A stretch of DNA of 64,000 nt from an uncultured Candidatus Saccharibacteria bacterium (GCA_964605735.1 CAZSDS010000001.1:406559-470558); one strand, 5' to 3'. Shown: positions 26,784-37,696, counted from the stretch's first letter. The notes: generated by a model from the sequence alone, not told the origin. A program made the numbers and translations.

Positions 26784-28508
26784 TTACATTCTCTCCACAG
26801 TCTTTATTCCGAGTAAAGACAATGATTGACTGATATATTGTTTTGCCAGACTGATGCCGGCGAGTAAAAATTCTTTTTTATGAGTGTCCTCTTCCGCAAG
26901 GACAGGCACGCTCTCATAGAGCGAGTTGATGTCTGAACAAAGATTGAACGCGTATCGGCAGATGACGGACGGGTCAGTGGCTTGCATTGCCTCTTTTACA
27001 GCTGATTCATAGCCGAGCATTCTTATAAACACCTGCTTAAGTTTGGCTGACTGCTCCTGTTCAAACTTTCCAGCATCAAATTGTACAGCATTTAAGGTGT
27101 TTTGTCCAGACTTTTCAATGATCTTACTTAGCCTGGTGTGTGCGTACAAGCAGAATGGTCCAGTAAATCCGTGGATGTCAATTGATTCTTTAGGGTCGTA
27201 TGCAATGTCACGGTTAGGGTCGACTTTCAGAAACTGGAACTTGATGGCTGCAAGGGCAATTGCCTTGGCATCAACTCCGGTTTTTTCTGAACGCTCAGAT
27301 TCCTGGATTTGCTTCTGTACCAGGCCAGTAACTTCCGTAAGCAGATCATCCGCGTCCACCACGGTCCCTTCCCTTGATTTCATCTTCCCGGAAGGCAAAG
27401 TTACCATGCCGTAAGAGCGATGCAGCATTTTATCCGCCGGGCTGATGCCAAGCTTGTCTAAAATGTAGAAAACCACCTGGAAATAATATTTCTGCTCTGA
27501 GCCGACCACGTTCCAGGAAAAGTCAATCTTGTTTTCCTTGAATTTTTTTGCTGCCAGGGCCAGATCCTGAGTCACGTACAAACTTGTCCCGTCTTCGCGC
27601 AAAACAGTCATTACCTTTGCACTGCCATCCTCGTTCCTGCCAAATTGTTCTTCCGGCAAATCAATAACCACTGCACCTTTTTCATTCTTGCGGAATACTC
27701 CTTGCTGTAAACCCTGCTCAATCAAATCTTTTCCACTCTTGTAAACTTCTGATTCAAAGTATTCTTTATCAAAAGTAAACCCGAAGTCATCACAAGTCTG
27801 CCTGAATCCTTCCATAAACCACGAGTTAAGCAGTTTCCAATCCTTAATGACTTCCTCATCTCCGCTCTCCCACTTCTGCAGAAGTTCCTGGGCTTCTTGT
27901 TCCAAAGCCGGATCATTCTCTGCTTCTTTGGCAAACCTTACATAGTATTCACCAACAAAGTGATCGCCTTTCATGCTGGCGGTTTCCGGAGTTGCACCAT
28001 TCCCGAATTTTTTCCAGGCCAAAAGTGATTTGCAGATTGCGATGCCTCGGTCATTGATGACCTGAGCTTTGATCACGCTGTTCCCTTGCGCCTGAAGAAT
28101 ATTTGCCAAAGATGAGCCGATCAAACCGTTCCTGACATGTCCAATATGAAGCGGCTTGTTTGTGTTCGGCGACAAATATTCAATCATATATGTCTGGCCT
28201 GTTTTTTGGTCCTCGCTTTTATCTGCCTGCACTAATTCGAACAAAAACTGAGGTTTGAAAGTGAAATTGATATAGCCTTTTACGGCTTCCACGTTCTCAA
28301 ACTGGTCCGCGAATGAAACGCGAAAAGACTCAATCACTTGAGTTTCGTCAATTTTCTTCAATTTGAGAAGTCGGAAAATTTTAAGGGTCAGATCTGCTTT
28401 TTCTGATCCCAATTCGAATTCAATTAAAGAAGTCAGCTCTTCGCGCTTTACATCTGTAACAGAAGCAAGATGGTTTATGAGCGAATCAGTTAAACTAGCA
28501 AAGTTCAT
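26784..28508 (-). CDS. argS: Arginine--tRNA ligase
   Basis: SPNTNKPLHIGH.RN; KMKSREG; C-terminal ERM. Confidence 0.97.
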   Translation of the reverse strand: MNFASLTDSLINHLASVTDVKREELTSLIEFELGSEKADLTLKIFRLLKLKKIDETQVIESFRVSFADQFENVEAVKGYINFTFKPQFLFELVQADKSEDQKTGQTYMIEYLSPNTNKPLHIGHVRNGLIGSSLANILQAQGNSVIKAQVINDRGIAICKSLLAWKKFGNGATPETASMKGDHFVGEYYVRFAKEAENDPALEQEAQELLQKWESGDEEVIKDWKLLNSWFMEGFRQTCDDFGFTFDKEYFESEVYKSGKDLIEQGLQQGVFRKNEKGAVVIDLPEEQFGRNEDGSAKVMTVLREDGTSLYVTQDLALAAKKFKENKIDFSWNVVGSEQKYYFQVVFYILDKLGISPADKMLHRSYGMVTLPSGKMKSREGTVVDADDLLTEVTGLVQKQIQESERSEKTGVDAKAIALAAIKFQFLKVDPNRDIAYDPKESIDIHGFTGPFCLYAHTRLSKIIEKSGQNTLNAVQFDAGKFEQEQSAKLKQVFIRMLGYESAVKEAMQATDPSVICRYAFNLCSDINSLYESVPVLAEEDTHKKEFLLAGISLAKQYISQSLSLLGIKTVERM

Positions 28509-28575
28509 TTATTTGCATTTATTGGACAGCATTAATTATACAATATTCTGCTTAAAGTTTCAACTAAAAAAATTT

Positions 28576-28742
28576 TGGATAAGGCGGCGCGTTTGCTGCT
28601 GTCGGAGCACGCAGTCGAACTTCAATTTGCTGCAATCCTGACAAAAGTCAGGATCTCCTCTTATGTGGTTCGCTGCTTCAGGCTCGGCACTGATGTGCCT
28701 GCGCCGAATCTCCGCCATCAGCAAAACGCTCTGCCTGAACCA
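28576..28742. other. Structured GC-rich intergenic element (ncRNA or MITE/REP-like)
   Basis: Long terminal inverted arms plus internal hairpins ATCCTGAC/GTCAGGAT and GGCAC/GTGCC. Confidence 0.5.
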
Positions 28743-28837
28743 TTTTCTCTAAAAATGTACAGAGCAGAATATTGATAAAAGGGAAAACAAAAGCCGCAGT
28801 CAATAGACTGCGGCCGTTTTTTATTCGTGTAAATTTT

Positions 28838-30109
28838 TTATTCGTACCTAAGAGCCTTGATTGGATCCAGGCGGCTGGCTTTAAGAGATGGCAGTGTTCC
28901 GGCGAGGAACGCCAAAACTATAATGCCAAGCACGATCAGCAGTGACGGCAGCCAAGGGAAAGCTAAGAGTTCAAATCCAACAAAATCTTTCAGCCAGTTG
29001 TTTCGCGCAACGCTGTTAACGAGCGGAGCCAATGCCATGCTAACACCAACTCCGAGCACTGCTCCCCAAAACCCGATGCTGGCGGATTCCAAGGCGAACA
29101 TAGTAAAAATCGTCCGCCTGTTGGTGCCAAGCGCTTTCAGCAAACCAATTTCTGAAGTCCGTTCAGTCACGGCCATAAACAAAGTATTAACAATACCAAA
29201 GGTGGCGGCAATCAGAGCAATCGCGCTGAAAACATTCAAAACTGTCAGAATCCCGTCAATGATCTGGTTTACCATGCCAATGGCATCTTCCATTGTCTGC
29301 GCCAAATATCCATTCGCGCTCAGCAACTCCTGCAAAGCTTTTTGCTGTTCGTCGGTAAAGCTCGGGTCATGTTTTACGAAAGCGCTGTTGTAGGAATCCA
29401 TCAGGCTGGCCACGCCTTGTGTTTGCGCGGTTCTGATTTCCTGCATCAAAGGGAATGACAAATAAACGCTGGTACTGCCAAGCAAAGACTGCTGCATCAC
29501 ACCGGCGATTGTCACGGTTTTTTCAATTATATTTCCGCTCACATCCCTGTAACCGACTGTCAAAGTCTTCCCCACTGCATCCTCGCTGGAATTAAAACCA
29601 AGCGGTTCCAAGTACCTGATAGGCAAATTAGCCTGGTTCGGATTACTGTTGTCCAAAACTGTTCCAGCAGCCATGGCAATATTCATGCCATCAATGTACT
29701 GTTCGGCAAGCGCCCGGTATTTTTTGCCGCCCGTGGAAATATACTCAATCTGAACATTGTACATAGGAGTAACCTCTGTCACGCCTGAGAGAAGTTTAAT
29801 CTCTTCAAGGTTGGCCTTGGTCAAAAGCGGCTGGTTGAAAACGCCGCTGACGCGTTCAGGATCATATTCCTGGACATCAGTGCCGAAAGGATTATCACCG
29901 CCTGGATTTCTTGCCTGAACGACAAAAGTATTTTCAACTCCAATGTTGCCAAGTTCCTGGTCAACGTACGCCTTCAAGCCATTACCCACGCCATTGGTCA
30001 ATGAAATGGTGAAAGTCCCAATGAAAATTGCGCCAATGGTAAGTACGGTACGCAATTTTGAGCGCAATAAATTGGTTTGTGAAATTCTTATTAAATCACG
30101 GACTCTCAT
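28838..30109 (-). CDS. MacB/FtsX-like ABC permease
   Basis: RTVLT, periplasmic domain, ERTSEIGLLKALG, LDPIKALRYE. Confidence 0.93.
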   Translation of the reverse strand: MRVRDLIRISQTNLLRSKLRTVLTIGAIFIGTFTISLTNGVGNGLKAYVDQELGNIGVENTFVVQARNPGGDNPFGTDVQEYDPERVSGVFNQPLLTKANLEEIKLLSGVTEVTPMYNVQIEYISTGGKKYRALAEQYIDGMNIAMAAGTVLDNSNPNQANLPIRYLEPLGFNSSEDAVGKTLTVGYRDVSGNIIEKTVTIAGVMQQSLLGSTSVYLSFPLMQEIRTAQTQGVASLMDSYNSAFVKHDPSFTDEQQKALQELLSANGYLAQTMEDAIGMVNQIIDGILTVLNVFSAIALIAATFGIVNTLFMAVTERTSEIGLLKALGTNRRTIFTMFALESASIGFWGAVLGVGVSMALAPLVNSVARNNWLKDFVGFELLAFPWLPSLLIVLGIIVLAFLAGTLPSLKASRLDPIKALRYE

Positions 30110-30789
30110 GCTGTCTCTCCAATGACTTCCCCGTCCTTAAGAGTAATTGTTCGTTCGCAAAGAGCGGCCAAGTCAGGGTCATGGGTAACAATAATCAGGG
30201 TAATCCCCTTCCCGCGGTGCAGGCTAAACAACAAATCAGTGATAACCTTTCCGTTCTCCGTGTCCAAATTTCCAGTTGGCTCGTCCGCAAAAATTACCTC
30301 CGGCCGGGTGATCAATGCCCGGGCAATGCAAAGCCGTTGTTTTTGTCCGCCGGAAAGATCGCCGGCTTTTTGCCTGGCTTTGTCCAAAAGACCCACAGCC
30401 TTAAGCATTTCCAAACCCCGAGCTTTCCTTTCTCTGGCGCCAACACCCATAATCATCAGAGGCAAAACCACGTTTTCCAGGCAAGTGTTGCGTGCATTCA
30501 GGAAGAACTGTTGGAAAACAAATCCGTATTTTCTGTTTCTCAGCTGATCAAGGTCTTTTCCGGTCAGTGTACTGGTTGGCTTGCCGTCAAAAAACAGCTC
30601 ACCGCTGGTCGGCCGGTCCAGAGTTGCCAGCACGTGCATCAGGGTTGATTTGCCGCTTCCTGACTTTCCTATAATTGCCAGGCTTTCGCCTTTCTTGACC
30701 GTGATGTTGACATTTTTAAGAGCGTAGGTGTCTTCACCTGCGCTTGGATAGACTTTTGTCAGATTCGATGTCTCGATGATGTTGGCCAT
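30106..30789 (-). CDS. ABC transporter ATP-binding protein (LolD/MacB-like)
   Basis: GKSGSGKST, LSGGQKQR, ADEPTGNLD, VTHD. Confidence 0.95.
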   Translation of the reverse strand: MANIIETSNLTKVYPSAGEDTYALKNVNITVKKGESLAIIGKSGSGKSTLMHVLATLDRPTSGELFFDGKPTSTLTGKDLDQLRNRKYGFVFQQFFLNARNTCLENVVLPLMIMGVGARERKARGLEMLKAVGLLDKARQKAGDLSGGQKQRLCIARALITRPEVIFADEPTGNLDTENGKVITDLLFSLHRGKGITLIIVTHDPDLAALCERTITLKDGEVIGETA

Positions 30790-30938
30790 AGAATTTCACA
30801 TCATTTTAGCAAAAAACGCCTGTTTTGTCCAGGCTGACAACATGATGCGCTGATTCGCAAACCAACCCGAACCAGAATTGACCTATCAGGGTAAAATCGG
30901 TAAAATATTCAAGTGATTTTAAGCAATTCGAAAGCAAA

Positions 30939-32405
30939 ATGTCCAACGATTCAGTTATTTTAAGATTTTCAGAAGTCAGTTTTACCATAGGCCACAACAA
31001 AGTCATCCTTGATGAAGCGTCTTTTTCAGTCCGCACCGGAAGCAGAATTACTTTGATGGGACAAAACGGCGCAGGAAAAAGCACATTATTCAAATTGATC
31101 ACCGGAGAATTGGAACCGGCAGAAGGCTCAATCCACAAAACCCCAAAAGACATCAGCATTGCCATCGCTCGCCAGGTCATGCCTAAAGAAATGCTCAACC
31201 TCACCGTCCGTGAATACTTTGAAACAGCTTTTGCAGAAAAGAAATACAACATCGACAAACTGATTGCCGAAGTTTTTGAAGTCGTCAACGTCCAGTTGCC
31301 GCCTGAAAAGAAAGTCGGAGAGTTGTCAGGCGGACAGCAAGCCCGCCTGCTTTTGGCGCATGCCTTGATTCAGCAACCGGATATTTTGCTCCTGGATGAG
31401 CCTACCAATAACCTGGACCAGCAAGGAATTGAACACCTGACGGGATTTCTGATGATGTACGAAAAAACCTGCATTGTCATCTCCCATGATGCGGATTTCT
31501 TGAACGCTTTTACGGACGGAGTGATGTACCTGGACGTCTTCACCCATAAAATTGAACAATACACCGGAAACTATTTTGACGTGGTGGAAGAAATCAAGAA
31601 CCGGATTGAGCGAGAAAACCTGCAGAACGCCCGCATGCAGGCACAGATCAAAGAAAAGCGCGCGCAGGCTGAAGTGTTCGCGCACAAAGGCGGAAAGTTG
31701 CGCGCCGTGGCCAAGAGGATGAGAGAGGCTGCTGAAGAAGCCGAGGAAAATATTGTGGATGTGCGGCGCGAAGATAAAACAATCCGAGAATTTACGATTC
31801 CTGCCCAGGAATTTGAAGTGCATTTTGACGGAAAAATCCTGGAGATTGATTCCGTGACCGCCATCAAGAACCACAAGCCTGTTGTCAAAAAAATTAACAC
31901 CATCATCCGCAAGAGCACCCACGCGCTGATTGCCGGACCAAACGGCATCGGCAAAACTACAATGCTGGAAAAACTTGCCTCAGGCAAAGGAGATGGTTTC
32001 AAAATTGCCAAGGACGTGGTGATTGGCTATTACAAACAGGATTTCAGCAACCTGGACTTTAACCAAAAAGCATACGATGCTTTGGCAGAAGTCATGAAAG
32101 AACAGGATGAGCACAAACTCCGCTCCACCGCAGCCGGTTTTTTGCTGGATGGGAAACTTTTGGACCAACCAATTGCTGCTTTGTCTGAGGGGCAAAAAGG
32201 TTTACTTTCTTTCTGCCGTCTGATTCTGCTCCAGCCTGGTCTGCTTATCCTGGATGAGCCGACCAACCATATCAATTTCCGCCATTTGCCTGTCATTGCC
32301 AAAGCACTGGACGAATTCAACGGAGCCATAGTCATGGTTTCCCACATCCCGGAATTCGTCTCCCAAATAAGAATTGATGAGGTCATAGATTTGGACTCGA
32401 TATAA
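30939..32405 (+). CDS. ABC-F family ATPase
   Basis: Two ABC cassettes (GQNGAGKST/LSGGQ/DEPTN and GPNGIGKTT/LSEGQ/DEPTN); no TM segments. Confidence 0.93.
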   Translation: MSNDSVILRFSEVSFTIGHNKVILDEASFSVRTGSRITLMGQNGAGKSTLFKLITGELEPAEGSIHKTPKDISIAIARQVMPKEMLNLTVREYFETAFAEKKYNIDKLIAEVFEVVNVQLPPEKKVGELSGGQQARLLLAHALIQQPDILLLDEPTNNLDQQGIEHLTGFLMMYEKTCIVISHDADFLNAFTDGVMYLDVFTHKIEQYTGNYFDVVEEIKNRIERENLQNARMQAQIKEKRAQAEVFAHKGGKLRAVAKRMREAAEEAEENIVDVRREDKTIREFTIPAQEFEVHFDGKILEIDSVTAIKNHKPVVKKINTIIRKSTHALIAGPNGIGKTTMLEKLASGKGDGFKIAKDVVIGYYKQDFSNLDFNQKAYDALAEVMKEQDEHKLRSTAAGFLLDGKLLDQPIAALSEGQKGLLSFCRLILLQPGLLILDEPTNHINFRHLPVIAKALDEFNGAIVMVSHIPEFVSQIRIDEVIDLDSI

Positions 32406-32437
32406 TTGGACTCAATAAAAAAGACGCTAACCTGAGG

Positions 32438-32986
32438 TTAGCGTCCGGCTTTCCATTTCTGGATGCTGACAATTTTTTCGTTTTTCCCTTTCTTACCCCG
32501 GACATTTGTCTTGGCTTGCTTGCCTGTTTGCAACCGGCGGGCAGCAGCCTTCAGGCGTCCGAGCCGCTCCGTTTTTTTCTCCTTTGTCTGCTCTGGACCC
32601 GGCACAGAAGGAACATAACTGCTCCCTACTATTCCATGGTCAGAAACAACCATTGGTTCAAAAAAAGAGCGGTTCCAATCATGGTGCCAGTAAGGCGTCA
32701 ACCGCCGCTGAAGTTCCTTGATCTGACAGTCCCAGACTACCACGTTGTTTGCCGTGGCTTCCTGCAGCAGCCTTTCGCGGTTGCTGTCCAGAACATACTG
32801 GGAGAGCCAGAGAATTTCAAGGCTGGCCGGTAAAGGCAAACCCTGAGCAGTCTGAGCCGCGTTCCAGAAAATGACTTGCGGGTCTTGCTTGGAGGTGAGA
32901 ACAAACGAATCTGCTTCCACCACCAAGACCTTAGGCAGAATCTGCTGTCTTCTCGCCTGCCTGCGTGGGGGAGTCGTTTTGCCCAT
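32438..32986 (-). CDS. Hypothetical protein
   Basis: AGGAGG RBS; overlaps the 3' end of the upstream ORF. Confidence 0.55.
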   Translation of the reverse strand: MGKTTPPRRQARRQQILPKVLVVEADSFVLTSKQDPQVIFWNAAQTAQGLPLPASLEILWLSQYVLDSNRERLLQEATANNVVVWDCQIKELQRRLTPYWHHDWNRSFFEPMVVSDHGIVGSSYVPSVPGPEQTKEKKTERLGRLKAAARRLQTGKQAKTNVRGKKGKNEKIVSIQKWKAGR

Positions 32987-33494
32987 TGGTCCTCCTGCTT
33001 TTCATCATTGTATATGAATACAACAATGCGCACAAAAACACAACCAACAAAATCGCCGAAAAAAGCGAGCCAGCCTGATTCCCGGCTTCCCTCGTTTGCA
33101 CCAGAAAACCAGTGCTGTTTTCTTGACCCGAAACCGGATCTGCAAAAACCAAATCCGCGTCAAAGTAATTTTCCTTCTCAAAAGTATATTTAAACTCAAA
33201 AGCGCCGTTGGCGTCAGTTGTGTAAGTTTCTTCAAAAGCAATCCTGTCCTGAAACGGATCGTCAAAAAAAGTGTCTATCATCTTTACCTGGACCTGGAGA
33301 TTCCTCAACGGTTGAAAATTTTTGTCAGTGATTGAAAAAGTAAACACCACCTCTTCCCCGACCAGTGGCGAAAGGGGATTTTGGTTAAGAAAGACAATTG
33401 CGTTGTTGACGTTTTTTGAAACGCCGCCATGCGCGAAGATAACTGCAGGCAAGGCTGTGAGCAAAGCGGCCAAACTCAGGATTTTTTTTATCAT
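32931..33494 (-). CDS. Secreted Ig-like protein with C-terminal TM (His at mature N-terminus)
   Basis: Signal peptide ending FAHGG; TDANG.F motif; TATAAT 6 bp before ATG. Confidence 0.7.
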   Translation of the reverse strand: MIKKILSLAALLTALPAVIFAHGGVSKNVNNAIVFLNQNPLSPLVGEEVVFTFSITDKNFQPLRNLQVQVKMIDTFFDDPFQDRIAFEETYTTDANGAFEFKYTFEKENYFDADLVFADPVSGQENSTGFLVQTREAGNQAGSLFSAILLVVFLCALLYSYTMMKSRRTNGQNDSPTQAGEKTADSA

Positions 33495-33578
33495 AAGTGA
33501 ATTATAGCAGACCTTGTTGGGGCAAAATATAAAGAGGCAGTTGCGGAGCAACTGCCTCACACAATTTCACACAAGGAC

Positions 33579-34325
33579 CTAGAACCACTTGGCTGCGGCT
33601 TCGCGAAGAAGCTTCATGACCTTGCTTTCCGGAGCCGCGTACTTACCCAGATCTTCCAGATCCAGCGGCTTGGGTGGCGGCATTCTCAGGAAGTTCTCCC
33701 TGACCCAGCTGAAGACATCGTGGTTCTGCAGATGGGACTCCGCCTGACGTGCGAGAAATTCCCGCTTTCCAGGAGTGGAGTCCGATGCAAACAAACCTGT
33801 CAATTGCGCCAGCGCTTCCGTCCTGCTGGCCACGAGGACCAGCTTGTCATCCAAACCTTTGTACGGAAGATGGCTTACAGGAAACTGCACGAAATCCCGG
33901 AGACGACCCTGATGATAGCAAGCAAGGTACACGTCCTCACCTGGCTCAATGTTGAGCCCATGCGGGTTCGAGCTCACATTCACGCGGAAGATCTTGCCAC
34001 AAGGTTCACGAACCAGGGCAAACTCCCCCTGCGGATGAATGAAGACCCAGCCGCTCAGTTCAACGCGGAACGTGCGCTTGAGGTCTGTGTTGCTGTACCC
34101 GCGGATCAAATAAGTCTGAACGTCCGTGGGAATAATCGTGACCATGTTGTTGTCCGTGGTCTCGATCGCGACAGGGCCATTCTGGATCACGTGCACAGCC
34201 GCGCAGACAGCGTATTCCGAACGCTTCACTGACCCGAACCATTCCGTGATTTTGACTGGTTGGCCAGAGAACCGTTCCACAATAACACTCAAAGCACTTG
34301 CTTCCATAGTCTGTGTCTCAGGCAT
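33579..34325 (-). CDS. Hypothetical protein
   Basis: GAGGAG RBS; 248 aa ORF; hairpin downstream. Confidence 0.65.
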   Translation of the reverse strand: MPETQTMEASALSVIVERFSGQPVKITEWFGSVKRSEYAVCAAVHVIQNGPVAIETTDNNMVTIIPTDVQTYLIRGYSNTDLKRTFRVELSGWVFIHPQGEFALVREPCGKIFRVNVSSNPHGLNIEPGEDVYLACYHQGRLRDFVQFPVSHLPYKGLDDKLVLVASRTEALAQLTGLFASDSTPGKREFLARQAESHLQNHDVFSWVRENFLRMPPPKPLDLEDLGKYAAPESKVMKLLREAAAKWF

Positions 34326-34549
34326 TTTTTCTCCTCTTTTTAGGTTTTTCGAACACTTCGTTTTTTGGAACTAGCCAGGACTTTTTTATAACTTGCCCAG
34401 CCCAAAAGCTGGAATAACAAACTATACCATTTTTAATGCTTAAGGTCAAGCTTTGTAAATTCGTTAGTGCCAGTTGACATTGCTGGCGTTTTATAGTAAC
34501 ATATGCAATCGTGTGCCGGGTTAAAAACTGCAATGGAGGAAAAGATTAA

Positions 34550-34750
34550 ATGAGCGATCAGAAGGTCACTGTGCAAGTCCGAATGAACGGCATCGTTCAC
34601 GAATACGGTGTCCCTGCCGATTCAGCACTGATACCTTACCTGCGCAAAGTGACCGCGGTTCACGGTAACCCAGCTCTGCACATGTGCGCGCTGGTGGTTA
34701 CCCAAGTTTTGGCCGAAGCAGAAGCTTCCAAACTACAGGAGACCGTCTAA
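34550..34750 (+). CDS. Small hypothetical protein
   Basis: GGAGG RBS; TTGACA promoter upstream. Confidence 0.6.
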   Translation: MSDQKVTVQVRMNGIVHEYGVPADSALIPYLRKVTAVHGNPALHMCALVVTQVLAEAEASKLQETV

Positions 34751-34754
34751 TTCC

Positions 34755-35114
34755 ATGAAAGGCTATTTTTCTATGCGAGCAACAAGGCGAATTCTGTTCA
34801 CTGCGTCCTTTCTCTCGGCACTGGCCATTGTCTACTACTTCGGGACCAGCGCCTTGATTGGGGCGTGTGCCGGCACATGGGTCCTTGCCGGTGTCTACGC
34901 CGCCGCCATCGCCGACCGCCTCGAATTCGCCCACCCCGTAAACTCCCGCGAATTCGGGTTTCTGTTCACTGCCCTGCTTGGCTGGTACGCGCTCAGCCGA
35001 GTGATCGAGCTTAGGAACGACGAACGGCAGAGTGCAGAAACATTTCAGATGAGATACCGACTGGCTTCGCCTGATCCGCTCAAAGGGCTTCGCCTCTGGT
35101 TCTCCAAATTCTGA
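34755..35114 (+). CDS. Hypothetical membrane protein
   Basis: AGGAG RBS; 3 TM segments. Confidence 0.6.
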   Translation: MKGYFSMRATRRILFTASFLSALAIVYYFGTSALIGACAGTWVLAGVYAAAIADRLEFAHPVNSREFGFLFTALLGWYALSRVIELRNDERQSAETFQMRYRLASPDPLKGLRLWFSKF

Positions 35115-35169
35115 AACCGGATCGCCGCCCAAACAAAAAGCCCCGTCTGCAGGACGAGGGCTTTTCTTT

Positions 35170-36417
35170 TTATCTGACTAAATAATCAATCAACTGATCC
35201 TGGAGCTGGAGCAGAATTATTATTGCTCCACCAAGCAGCATTACTGCGATTCCGGGCAGCCGCCTGATCAAGACCAGGAACATAACACCGGCCCAAAGAC
35301 CAAGCAATCTTGTGTCATGGAGCGCACCAACCAGTTTTTCCACGGCCAGCAGTTCTTCGGTGTGGTTAAAAAACACCCGAAAGTACATTTGACCCAACAC
35401 CTGCCCGACAATAAGCAGCATTGTCAGGCACCCCAAGAAACCGCTGAAACCAAGATGGAAATCCTCAACAACATATTCGTAGCTGACATCTGACGGATTC
35501 CATTCAAGAATTTTGTTGGGATCGAATTTGATCTGGTTGGGTGGCACAGCTTCAGCGCGCGCAACCGGCGCTGGGATCGCAACCGGCGCTGGCATGTTAA
35601 CCTCTGCAACCGGCACTCTTGATTGCACTTTCTGTTTTTCTGCAATAGCAGGTTCCACCACCCTCTTATGCAAGTTGATTGGTTTAGGCAAAACAACCGG
35701 CTTTTCAATTTCTGATTTTTTAATCTCAGACTCAACGGTCTTGGTCTCTGCCAACACAGGCTCAGGAGTTTTAACAGGGGCTGGTGCAGGCGCTGACGGC
35801 GCAGGTTTTGGCAAAATTTCTGACTTACCTGGAACTGGCGCCTGAGATTTGTCCTTCTCCAGTTCCACAGCCAGTCGTTTTTTCAAATCGTTCAAGCTGG
35901 TCCCTGGCTCTGCCTTTACTTTCTGCATTGCCGGGATCGCACTGATCAATTTCTTGTCCTTGATTTCCCCCACCGGCAAAACGTAAGGGCGAATATACTT
36001 AAAGTAATTGTAGGAAGCAACCGAACCGAAAACCGCCAGGACAAGAGCAATTATACCCCAACCAAAGACACTGCCATACTCGTAACCGATAAACAGCAGG
36101 CTGTAAAAAAACGCAAGGAATGCTCCCCAAGTAATTGTAAAAGTGTAAGCTACTTGATACCAGTCAAACGGCAACCTAAAACACCTGTAGTAGATAAAGT
36201 CATCAAACTTAAAGATGGTCGGCAGGATGCCTTTAGGCTTGGTCATCATGCGGTAAGTGTCATATGGGAATATTGGAAAGTAACAAAAACTCATCCACAA
36301 TGTAGTTGTGTATGAGCCGTCCTTTGCCTTGTTCTTCTTGCCGTAAAACGCCTTGCCAATTAAGTTGAAACTTAACTTCCGGTGTTTTGGGTTAAGCAGG
36401 TCGTAAACTTCATTCAT
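35170..36417 (-). CDS. Hypothetical membrane protein with Pro/Lys-rich linker
   Basis: Long ORF; TM clusters at both ends. Confidence 0.75.
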   Translation of the reverse strand: MNEVYDLLNPKHRKLSFNLIGKAFYGKKNKAKDGSYTTTLWMSFCYFPIFPYDTYRMMTKPKGILPTIFKFDDFIYYRCFRLPFDWYQVAYTFTITWGAFLAFFYSLLFIGYEYGSVFGWGIIALVLAVFGSVASYNYFKYIRPYVLPVGEIKDKKLISAIPAMQKVKAEPGTSLNDLKKRLAVELEKDKSQAPVPGKSEILPKPAPSAPAPAPVKTPEPVLAETKTVESEIKKSEIEKPVVLPKPINLHKRVVEPAIAEKQKVQSRVPVAEVNMPAPVAIPAPVARAEAVPPNQIKFDPNKILEWNPSDVSYEYVVEDFHLGFSGFLGCLTMLLIVGQVLGQMYFRVFFNHTEELLAVEKLVGALHDTRLLGLWAGVMFLVLIRRLPGIAVMLLGGAIIILLQLQDQLIDYLVR

Positions 36418-36554
36418 AGCTAAAATGGGCTATTTGCTCTTGCTTTATTATATATCCGAATAAATGATTGCCACAAATTGATTTGCAACAAATAAGCGGG
36501 AGCAATCTAAATTACTTAATCCTGCTGCTTACCGCGTCATTTGCTTAACGAATT

Positions 36555-36944
36555 TTACTTTAGCTTCAGCAAAACACCTTTGCGCTTCACAATATTTTTA
36601 TAGTCCCACTGAATAGATCTTGATTTTTTCAGCCATCGGCGCAAGTCTTTTGATTTTACCTGGTCCTTGTCAGTATATCGAATTTCTGCGGCCTTAAACG
36701 ATCCTTCCGGCTTCAAGTCCGGCTCGTCAAAAGACTGCCCGCTCCAAAACAGAAGCCTGATGCTGTCCTTGAGCTTGCTGTATCCGACTATGGGATTATC
36801 GTTAATAAACCAAACAGGGTGCCCGTGCCAGATTTTACTGGTCGCACCGGTCAGGTTGTCGTCAATTTCTTTTTGCAGAAGTTTACAGATGGCCTTATCA
36901 GCGGATGCCTGCGCGTTATTGTAAGCCATTATATTTTTATGCAT
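36555..36944 (-). CDS. DUF1801 (YdhG-like) protein
   Basis: KIWHGHPVWF..NPIVGYSK...RLLFWSGQSF...IQWDYKNIVKRKG. Confidence 0.88.
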   Translation of the reverse strand: MHKNIMAYNNAQASADKAICKLLQKEIDDNLTGATSKIWHGHPVWFINDNPIVGYSKLKDSIRLLFWSGQSFDEPDLKPEGSFKAAEIRYTDKDQVKSKDLRRWLKKSRSIQWDYKNIVKRKGVLLKLK

Positions 36945-37592
36945 TTATTTTATTTGCAAACTTTCAACAATACCCGACATTTCCGCGAGCATTGAGTTTA
37001 AAGCTTCACTATCCCTTTCCGGAAAATCATTTAGGTTCTGTCCATTAAATGAAAACGTCACAACCAGAGCCTGTTGTTGAGTTTGATCATAGTAGTTGAA
37101 ATATCCATTGTCCTGGTTTGTGATGTAGGAGAAATACCAAACGGTTTTCCCATTATCAGGAACATTGCAGGTTTCTGAACTGTCCTGCGCAGACACAAAC
37201 AAATCCACCCGAGAGTAAACCTCTGTAACTTGCGTTGAGGCTGAATCGCCGCAAGGCGAACTTGGCTGGACTGTGACGACTGCGTCAGCGCTTGGCGAAC
37301 CCATGGCTATTTCCGCAAACCGGCCTCCGGTCACGCCGCTGGCCTGACTCGCCTGAGGGTTGATAAATAATATGTAATTGTCTTTTGTTATATTCACAGC
37401 AGATGCGTTGGAAGACGGCACGCTGATGTTCCAGCCTGATGGATAGTCAAATCGCATGAACGCATTTTCATAAACCTGAGTTTGTTGTTCTGATGGAGGG
37501 TTAGGGGTTGGCGTTTGGTTTTCACCTGAATCACTGGTGCATGCGGCAGAAATAAGGCTGATCCCTATAAGCAGTAGGAATAATTTTTTCAT
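36945..37592 (-). CDS. Hypothetical lipoprotein
   Basis: Lipobox-like ISAAC after signal peptide. Confidence 0.75.
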   Translation of the reverse strand: MKKLFLLLIGISLISAACTSDSGENQTPTPNPPSEQQTQVYENAFMRFDYPSGWNISVPSSNASAVNITKDNYILFINPQASQASGVTGGRFAEIAMGSPSADAVVTVQPSSPCGDSASTQVTEVYSRVDLFVSAQDSSETCNVPDNGKTVWYFSYITNQDNGYFNYYDQTQQQALVVTFSFNGQNLNDFPERDSEALNSMLAEMSGIVESLQIK

Positions 37593-37696
37593 GGTTCAAT
37601 GTTTCCTTGGGGATTAATGGCTACTAAACTAGGATAGCCCTGTTTTATTTCATGGTCAATGCAAAAAGCGCCAGGAAATTGACCATTGGCAATAAA

